From positions 1 through 16,850 of the forward strand of contig JBBQPO010000127.1 of NCBI GenBank assembly GCA_038217285.1: DNA of 16,850 bases, read 5' to 3'. A program made the translations under genes and the position numbers. How positions within the stretch are numbered: position 1 is the stretch's first letter; every line of letters begins with the position of its first letter. Source of the DNA: Chthonomonadales bacterium (GTDB lineage Bacteria > Armatimonadota > Chthonomonadetes > Chthonomonadales > Chthonomonadaceae). Positions 8,667 through 14,590 of the stretch are shown piece by piece. The notes under the pieces are model-generated. The model was given only the letters and a program-made list of their open reading frames with translations, had not been told where the DNA came from and made no database searches.

Positions 8667-9829
8667 GCCTGCCGATGCGCACAACTTCGGAGGTTCGGGT
8701 CGCGCTTTCCGGCTATTACGGCTGTGGCAACGCCGGCGATGAGGCGGTTCTGGCAGGGATTCGAGAGGCGTTCGCGCGTCAAGCTGGGGATCGAGTGCGC
8801 CTTGTCGTCTTCTCGCAAGACCCGGCGACCACCCTGCAGATGCACGGGCTGCCAGCGGTGCAGCGTATGAGCCTGACTGCCCTGCGCTCCACGCTGAAGC
8901 AGAGCGACCTGCTGATCTCCGGAGGAGGCAGTCTGCTGCAGGACACCACCAGCATGCGCTCCCTCCTCTACTACCTCTGGGTCGTACGTCTCGCTTATGC
9001 GCAGCGTGTGCCGGTGATGTTCTACGCGCAGGGCCTCGGCCCTTTCCGCCGTCCGCTCTCCCGAGCCCTGGTGCGTCTGGTCGCCAATCGCGCCGACTAC
9101 ATCACCGTGCGCGACGAACCCTCCCTCCGCTTGCTGACCACGCTCGGCGTCCGCCGTCCGCCCATCGAACAGACCGCCGACCCCGCTTTTGCCCTGTCAC
9201 CGGCCGCCTCGGAGGCCGTGGAGGCGCTGTTCCAGGCCGAAAATCTGCCTTCGGACGAGCCTCTGCTCGGGGTGGCGCTGCGCCCCTGGGGCGGATCAGG
9301 CGAATCCCCGCTCGATTCCTACGCCGCTCTGCTGCTCGATCTGCAGCGCCGCACCGGCCAGCGTGTCGTGCTGCTTCCCATGCAGTCGCCCGGTGATGTC
9401 GTCTTCGCAGAGACGGTCGCCGCGCTTACCGGCAATCCTGCCGCCTTTCCTGTGATTCGCCGAATCTATCCGCCCGCGGTCCTGCTCGGCCTCGTCGCGC
9501 GGATGCAGGCGGTCGTCGCCATGCGTCTGCACACGCTGATCTTCGCCGCGCGTACTGCGGTACCGCCCTTCGCGCTCGCTTATGACCCCAAAGTGGAGAA
9601 CCTTATGCGCGGCCTCGATCTGGCGGACTCCCTGGAACACTGGCGTGGATTCGAACCTGCCGAAGTGGGCGAGCGCGTGGCGGCCCTGCTGGTAGAACGC
9701 CCGGCCCGCGTCATCGCCCTCCGCGCCCGCACCGCCCACCTGGAACGTCTGGCTCTCCGCAATGCCGACTGCGCCCTGTCCCTCCTTGATGCCCGCCCAC
9801 CCGAGAGGCGTTCCGCTTCTAAAACCTGA
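8663..9829 (+). CDS. csaB: Polysaccharide pyruvyl transferase CsaB
   Basis: Motifs SGYYGCGNAGDEAVL, LISGGGSLLQDTTS.RSLLYYL, YAQGLGP, ITVRDEPS, TADPAF, AMRLHTLIFA and YDPKV. GTG start overlaps the DUF5693 stop (GTGA at 8663-8666), with GAGGAG RBS. Confidence 0.93.
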   Translation: MSLPMRTTSEVRVALSGYYGCGNAGDEAVLAGIREAFARQAGDRVRLVVFSQDPATTLQMHGLPAVQRMSLTALRSTLKQSDLLISGGGSLLQDTTSMRSLLYYLWVVRLAYAQRVPVMFYAQGLGPFRRPLSRALVRLVANRADYITVRDEPSLRLLTTLGVRRPPIEQTADPAFALSPAASEAVEALFQAENLPSDEPLLGVALRPWGGSGESPLDSYAALLLDLQRRTGQRVVLLPMQSPGDVVFAETVAALTGNPAAFPVIRRIYPPAVLLGLVARMQAVVAMRLHTLIFAARTAVPPFALAYDPKVENLMRGLDLADSLEHWRGFEPAEVGERVAALLVERPARVIALRARTAHLERLALRNADCALSLLDARPPERRSASKT

Positions 9830-10047
9830 TCTCTCCTGGACGCAACCAGCCGGACTGTTTTCAGCCAGCAGGGCAGGGAGGAATAAAACCGGTTTAAATC
9901 GAACTTTAACGGTGACGAAGGTTGACGCGTGGAGTCTGCGCAGATCGAAAGCCTGCCGGCAGGTAAATTTCGAGCGGTGTTGCCTTGTTCTCGCTGTTGA
10001 GAGGTCGTTGTTGAGATAGTCTAAACAGACCGTGGAAAGGCGAAAAC

Positions 10048-10458
10048 GTGTCGTTAGTGAAAACCCTGATAGTCGATGACCATATGGCGGTAAGAAATGC
10101 CTTACGTCTATTGATCGAAGAGGAGCCTGACCTGGAATGCGTTGGGGAAGCGGCCAATGGCCTTCTGGCGATGGAGGCCGTCCGTACCCTTACCCCCGAT
10201 CTTATGCTGCTTGACATCAATATGCCGGAAAGAAATGGACTGGAAGTTCTACGCCTGCTGCGTACCGAGAAGAACGACATCCTGATCGTCATTCTTTCCA
10301 ACCATACCGATACCCACTACGTCGATGCCGCCATGCGATTAGGAGCCAATGCCTTCGTCGGGAAGGACTCAGGCTTCGAAATCTTACTGGAGGCCATACA
10401 GACCGTCCTGACCGGAGCTTTCTTCGTGGACCCGGGAATACGCCCCGGCACCGCCTGA
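10048..10458 (+). CDS. Stand-alone response regulator receiver protein (NarL-type receiver, no output domain)
   Basis: Motifs LIVDDH, VGEAANG, PDLMLLDINMP (phospho-Asp), VILS and AFVGK. Ends after the NarL-like linker AIQTVLTGAFFVDP with no HTH. Confidence 0.88.
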   Translation: MSLVKTLIVDDHMAVRNALRLLIEEEPDLECVGEAANGLLAMEAVRTLTPDLMLLDINMPERNGLEVLRLLRTEKNDILIVILSNHTDTHYVDAAMRLGANAFVGKDSGFEILLEAIQTVLTGAFFVDPGIRPGTA

Positions 10459-10472
10459 AAGCAGAAAACCCG

Positions 10473-10515
10473 AAGAGGGCCGAAAGACACAAAATGTCTT
10501 TCGGCCCTCTTTTTT
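10473..10515 (+). terminator. Rho-independent terminator, probably bidirectional
   Basis: Perfect 17-bp stem AAGAGGGCCGAAAGACA / TGTCTTTCGGCCCTCTT with a 5-nt loop, followed by a T run, lying between two convergent genes. Confidence 0.85.
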
Positions 10516-10530
10516 GCCTGTCGCGTGGGA

Positions 10531-10917
10531 CTAAAACATTTTGCGCCAGAAGGGCTTCGGTTGAGTCCGAGCCTTGACGGCTCCCCGCAGAATACCGATG
10601 AAGCGGGAAGCGAGATAGAGGCCCGCCAGCGCCGTGCCCACGCCGAGCACCTGACTTCGCGCCGCATTCGCGCCGATTTCGGCCTGCCCCATCGTCTCCG
10701 AAACGCGCTGTTCCACAATGTCGAGTGAATCAGAAACGTGTCCCACGGTATTGGCGGCGATGTCCCCGAGATCGAGAATCTCGTCGTGTGTGTCCTCCAA
10801 AAGCGGCATCACTTTGCCTAAAACGCTTAAAAACACGAAGCCTGTCATCAGCAGCGCCACAATCGCGCACACAAACGCGATACAGGAGACACCATACCAA
10901 AAGACGCCTGGATGCAT
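10531..10917 (-). CDS. Small membrane protein, DUF948/YoxC-like (TM + helical region + C-terminal hydrophobic/basic tail)
   Basis: N-terminal TM (VFWYGVSCIAFVCAIVALLMTGFVFLSVL), an acidic amphipathic helical middle, a second hydrophobic stretch and a basic tail. Flanked by a terminator and an ECF-type promoter. Family call is based on architecture only. Confidence 0.65.
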   Translation of the reverse strand: MHPGVFWYGVSCIAFVCAIVALLMTGFVFLSVLGKVMPLLEDTHDEILDLGDIAANTVGHVSDSLDIVEQRVSETMGQAEIGANAARSQVLGVGTALAGLYLASRFIGILRGAVKARTQPKPFWRKMF

Positions 10918-10995
10918 TCCTTTTCCCCCATTCCCGACATGCCGGGACACTCATTGTAATGTTATGGTGCGGTAAACCAACCATATTATGCAGTT

Positions 10996-11021
10996 GACGC
11001 ACTATTAGGAGGGAATGTTCC
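10996..11021 (-). promoter_or_regulatory. ECF-sigma-type promoter for the DUF948-like gene
   Basis: Minus strand reads GGAAC-attccctcctaatagtg(17)-CGTC-aa, about 80 nt upstream of ATG 10917. Confidence 0.65.
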
Positions 11022-11068
11022 GTTTTTCGCCGCTCGCTCTATCGCGCTGGCGCCAGGCTTGAAACAAG

Positions 11069-11094
11069 GGAACCCTGCCGCAGACTTCGTCGTC
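11069..11094 (+). promoter_or_regulatory. ECF-sigma-type (autoregulatory) promoter
   Basis: GGAAC-cctgccgcagacttcgt(17)-CGTC-tg, about 57 nt upstream of the ECF sigma ATG at 11152. Confidence 0.65.
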
Positions 11095-11151
11095 TGCCAC
11101 ACAACGGCGCAGTTTTCGCGCCCAAGCCATTTTTGCGATAGGAGATACTTC

Positions 11152-11784
11152 ATGTTGCCAGTCCACGACGAGGGTGCAACAGGCGGGCCGCAGTTGCACT
11201 GCGATACCGCCGCAGAGTTCGAGCAGTTGTTTCATCGCTCGTACACCCGTGCTTACAATGCCGCCTATCGGTTGATGGGCAACACCAGTGATGCAGAAGA
11301 CCTGACGCAAGAGGCTTATGTCCGTGTTTGGGCGGCGTTTGATCGCTACGACCGCACCCGCCCCTTCGAAGGATGGCTGTTTCGCATTCTTTCCAATCTG
11401 GCGATCGACCGCTGGCGACGCAGCGCCGGGATGACGGTCTGCTCCCTGGATGCGGCAACCTCCGGCGGCGGCTCTCGCGCTCGGGGTGGGCGCTTCCCCG
11501 ACAATGATGGAGGAGCCTCTCTGCTCTCCTGTCTGGCCGATGAGCGGCCCAGTGTACTGCCCGAACAGTCGCTGATGCGCGCCGAAACAGGCCGTAAAGT
11601 TCACAACGCTCTCTCCGCCTTGCCAGGTGATTATCGGCAGGCCGTCGTGATGGCGGACATCAAGGGCTATAGTTATGAAGAGATCGCGAAGCATGTGGGC
11701 TGCCCGGTCGGAACCATTCGCAGCCGTCTGCATCGAGGCAGGCAGTTGCTGCGGCAAAATCTGATCCAACTTCAGGGAGACTGA
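11152..11784 (+). CDS. ECF RNA polymerase sigma-70 family sigma factor
   Basis: Region 2 (AYRLMGNTSDAEDLTQEAYVRVW...FEGWLFRILSNLAIDRWRR) and region 4 (LSALPGDYRQAVVMADIKGYSYEEIAKHVGCPVGTIRSRLHRGR). AGGAGA RBS before ATG 11152. Confidence 0.95.
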   Translation: MLPVHDEGATGGPQLHCDTAAEFEQLFHRSYTRAYNAAYRLMGNTSDAEDLTQEAYVRVWAAFDRYDRTRPFEGWLFRILSNLAIDRWRRSAGMTVCSLDAATSGGGSRARGGRFPDNDGGASLLSCLADERPSVLPEQSLMRAETGRKVHNALSALPGDYRQAVVMADIKGYSYEEIAKHVGCPVGTIRSRLHRGRQLLRQNLIQLQGD

Positions 11785-11789
11785 TTCTT

Positions 11790-12305
11790 ATGAGCGATAC
11801 CAACGGAGAAGATCCACTGCTGCGCACAGCGCAGGTCCAGCGGGATCGATCCCTGATCGCGGCAGACGCGGAGCAGAGTCGCCCGCAAGGGACGAAAAAC
11901 GAGCGCGACATCGCTTTCGATAGCGCGGTCAGTCGGGCCGCACACAGAGATGTCGCCGAGTTGGTGGCGCGAAACGAGGCCTACAACAAGTCTCAAGCCG
12001 ACATAGTGGCCACGAACCGGGCGAACTACGCCGCGCTAGAGGCCCGTTCCTTACGCGCAAACCTGCTGGCAGAACGCAAAAGGGCTTCCAATGCGAATTT
12101 CGGACTGGGGATCGTTTCTGTACTGCTGCTGGCAGGACTGATCGCCGGAGGCGTCTGGTACTTCTCCTCCCAGAACAACGCCAACACGACGGCATCGGCA
12201 GGTGTTGTCGCGGCATCGGCATCGACTACAAAATCGAGCGATGTCTCCGCCCCTGACAGAACGCCTGGAACGATCAATGTCCCGGCCACTTCTGGCAATC
12301 CGTAG
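11790..12305 (+). CDS. Single-pass membrane protein of unknown function; candidate anti-sigma factor
   Basis: Starts 5 nt after the sigma stop with a GGAG RBS. Charged helical N-terminal ~100 aa, one TM (FGLGIVSVLLLAGLIAGGVWYF) and a Ser/Thr/Ala-rich tail. Confidence 0.7.
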   Translation: MSDTNGEDPLLRTAQVQRDRSLIAADAEQSRPQGTKNERDIAFDSAVSRAAHRDVAELVARNEAYNKSQADIVATNRANYAALEARSLRANLLAERKRASNANFGLGIVSVLLLAGLIAGGVWYFSSQNNANTTASAGVVAASASTTKSSDVSAPDRTPGTINVPATSGNP

Positions 12306-12438
12306 GTTTACCCGACTCTCAAACAGAGCATACGGGGTTAATGAGGGGACAGTCGCTCCCCACGCATATCGGCAACACAGCGGGAAGGCGCGACACCAGA
12401 TCGGCCTTCCCACTGTTTCGATCAAGGACCAAAACATC

Positions 12439-14247
12439 ATGAGACCATCTCACTATACTTCTCACCACTCCCCCCGAAAGGCGGGATCCTCCCCGGCTCT
12501 CGGCACAATCTGCCGATCCGGTCTTGGCATCGGCGCACTGCTGCTCTTGAGCGCAGGCAGTGTCGCGGCCCAGCGTATCAATGTGACCGTCAACGGCTCC
12601 CCCGTGGAGTTCGCAGGGATGGGGCCGATGCAGGTGCAGGGCCGCACCCTGGTTCCTGTCCGCGGGGTGCTGGAGAAACTGGGCGCGGAAGTGGCCTGGG
12701 TGCCTTCGACCCGCTCCGTCATCGCCAGTACGCCCAGCATGGATATTCAGCTCCACCTGGGAGACAATCAGGCGACGGTAAACGGTAAATCGGTCAAGCT
12801 GGATGTGCCCGCGCAGGAGATCAACGGTCATACGATGGTTCCCCTGCGGTTTCTGGGTGAGGCTCTGGGCGGCACCGTGAAATGGGACGATGTGACCCGA
12901 ACCGTCACCATCGTCACCAATGGGCAGACAACGCCGAACGGGCAGGGCAATAATGGCCAGGGCAACAATGTGCAGGGTAATAACGGGCAGGGTAACTCGG
13001 TCACCGGGGGCCCAACGCGTACGTCGCCTGGAAGCAGCGCCGAACCTAAGATCGCGGCGATAACGTTCAAGGCCGACGACTGGTACGGATGGCTGCAGCC
13101 CGGACATAGCGTCAATATCGAGCTGACCGGAACGCCGCGTGGGGAAGCGACCTTTCGCATACCGGGACTGACCGACGCGCTGCCGATGAGGGAGACGGAG
13201 CCAGGCAAATATGTGGCCACCTGGACGGTTCCGACCACGAAAGTGTTGCAGTTAAAGGACGCCTCGATCCTTGGAGAGCTCAAGATCGGAGATAAGAGCG
13301 CGCCTGCTGTGCAGGCCACAAGCCACCTCTCCGTCGATTCGAAGCCGCCGACCATCCTGGACCGCCTTCCGGAGCCGAATACTCGCGTGAACTCGGATCG
13401 GCCGAACATATCCGCCGTCTTCGAAGATGCGGGCAGCGGCGTCTGGCCGCCGTCGATGCGCCTCCTCGTGAATGGCCGCGATGTCTCTAAGGAGGCCAGA
13501 GTGACCGCCAACTTCGTCAGCTACACGCCTGCCGAATCTCTGCCTCCCGGTGAGACGACCGTCGTCCTCGCGATCAACGATAAAGCCACCAACGAAGCCA
13601 GAGTAGAATGGAAGTTCGATGTTCTCTCTGCGAACACGACTGCCGGAATCCGCAGCGTGAAGCAGAACGCCGGAAAGACGCTGGAGCCAGGGGATGTCCT
13701 GCACGTGGAGATGGACGGCGTTCCGGGCGGAATCGGGACGTTCAGTCTGGGCAACATCAAAGGAGTGAAGCTCACGGAGTCGCCCGCCGGCCACTATGCG
13801 ACCGACTACACCATTCGCAAGGGCGACGATGTCCAGAACGCCACCCTCGCCACGAACCTGACCCTGCCCGACGGCCAGAAATTCACCCGGCAGGCCGACA
13901 AGGCCGTTTCCGTCAATACCGGAAAGCCGACGGCCCCGGTGATCGTCTATCCTAATAAGACGGATGCACTGGACAGCCCGCTGGTCATTCGCGGCAAAGC
14001 CAACCCCCATGCGCAGGTGCGGGTCAAGGTAGACTACTCCAGCAAACTCCTGGGCCTGCTGCCAGTGCAGGGGACGGCTGCGGATACGATTGTGACGTCA
14101 GACAAGAACGGCAACTGGAAGACAGACCCGATCGACCTGAACAATCTGCTCTCCAACCGCAACGTGGACTATACCATCTCCGCGACCGCAATCAGCGCGA
14201 CGGCAGAGAAATCGACCCCGACTCAGTTCCGCTTCCGCCTGCGCTAA
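12439..14247 (+). CDS. Secreted/surface protein: copper amine oxidase N-terminal ('stalk') domain plus several Ig-like beta domains
   Basis: Signal peptide (...GIGALLLLSAGSVAAQ), then INVTVNG...GRTLVPVRGVLEKLGAEVAW...ATVNGKSVKLDVPAQEINGHTMVPLRFLGEALGGTVKWD (stalk domain) and beta-rich C-terminal modules. AAGGA RBS before ATG 12439. Confidence 0.85.
   Translation: MRPSHYTSHHSPRKAGSSPALGTICRSGLGIGALLLLSAGSVAAQRINVTVNGSPVEFAGMGPMQVQGRTLVPVRGVLEKLGAEVAWVPSTRSVIASTPSMDIQLHLGDNQATVNGKSVKLDVPAQEINGHTMVPLRFLGEALGGTVKWDDVTRTVTIVTNGQTTPNGQGNNGQGNNVQGNNGQGNSVTGGPTRTSPGSSAEPKIAAITFKADDWYGWLQPGHSVNIELTGTPRGEATFRIPGLTDALPMRETEPGKYVATWTVPTTKVLQLKDASILGELKIGDKSAPAVQATSHLSVDSKPPTILDRLPEPNTRVNSDRPNISAVFEDAGSGVWPPSMRLLVNGRDVSKEARVTANFVSYTPAESLPPGETTVVLAINDKATNEARVEWKFDVLSANTTAGIRSVKQNAGKTLEPGDVLHVEMDGVPGGIGTFSLGNIKGVKLTESPAGHYATDYTIRKGDDVQNATLATNLTLPDGQKFTRQADKAVSVNTGKPTAPVIVYPNKTDALDSPLVIRGKANPHAQVRVKVDYSSKLLGLLPVQGTAADTIVTSDKNGNWKTDPIDLNNLLSNRNVDYTISATAISATAEKSTPTQFRFRLR
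12937..12996 (+). repeat. 4 x 15-bp in-frame tandem repeat encoding N(G/V)QGN
   Basis: AACGGGCAGGGCAAT / AATGGCCAGGGCAAC / AATGTGCAGGGTAAT / AACGGGCAGGGTAAC in the linker after the stalk domain. Confidence 0.9.
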
Positions 14248-14276
14248 AAACGTTCCGGCGAAGCCAACCGGGGCAG

Positions 14277-14311
14277 AAAAAACCTTCACAGCGCGATCCG
14301 CGCAGTGAAGG
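14277..14311 (-). terminator. Hairpin with A-run on its left side (minus-strand-oriented terminator)
   Basis: AAAAAA-CCTTCAC-A-GCGCG-ATC-CGCGC-A-GTGAAGG, giving a stem followed by a U-run on the minus strand. Confidence 0.55.
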
Positions 14312-14326
14312 CCGTCTGGACCGCTA

Positions 14327-14398
14327 TGTGACGTATTTCACGGGGAACTGGTGACCGGGTTCACAGTCCATACGGTCTCTTAAACGAACAGATAGAAT
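14327..14398 (+). promoter_or_regulatory. Promoter-like block: two GTGA-N6-TCAC boxes, an overlapping ECF-like GGAACT-N16-GTC motif and a TAGAAT -10 hexamer
   Basis: TGTGA-CGTATT-TCACG (14327-14342); GGTGA-CCGGGT-TCACA (14350-14365); GGAACT (14344-14349) with GTC at 14366; TAGAAT at 14393-14398. Confidence 0.45.
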
Positions 14399-14404
14399 GG
14401 GCGA

Positions 14405-14557
14405 AAAGTCTAAGTAGTTGTCTCCCTCCGGAGACGATGCACTGTTGCATCTACCTTGGCGAAGCGGGAGATCCGCTTTGCGGTCGGGTGCTGCATCATT
14501 GCGCCCGGCCAGTACAGAGCCGCAGTCCTTTATAAGGACTGCGGCTCTGTACGTTTT
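14405..14557 (+). ncRNA. Candidate structured small RNA (unknown family)
   Basis: Consecutive hairpins, several using G-U pairs that work only on the + strand, between a promoter-like block and a 19-bp stem plus T-run, in a gap between convergent genes. Confidence 0.45.
14512..14557 (+). terminator. Perfect 19-bp hairpin plus T-run (terminator or REP-like palindrome)
   Basis: GTACAGAGCCGCAGTCCTT-TAT-AAGGACTGCGGCTCTGTAC-GTTTT; it also lies 38 nt beyond the DUF1501 stop on the opposite strand. Confidence 0.75.
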
Positions 14558-14590
14558 CGCTGCGGAGAGAGGCCCCGATTGAGGGCAAGG

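Noticed and set aside
9892-9927. Possible sigmaB- or ECF-like promoter (GTTTAA, GAACTT...GTTG) ahead of the receiver gene
   Set aside because: Spacing and -10 element do not match the GGAAC-N17-CGTC pair or the sigmaB consensus well enough.
12202-12438. Upstream extension of the stalk-domain ORF
   Set aside because: Overlaps the previous gene; the signal peptide and RBS fit ATG 12439.
12937-12996. CRISPR-like or mobile repeat
   Set aside because: In-frame coding tandem repeat without spacers; no cas, transposase, integrase, tRNA or rRNA seen in the window.
14405-14510. Match to known riboswitches or ribozymes (ZTP, fluoride, hammerhead, c-di-GMP)
   Set aside because: Core conserved nucleotides are absent, and there is no substantial downstream + strand gene to regulate.
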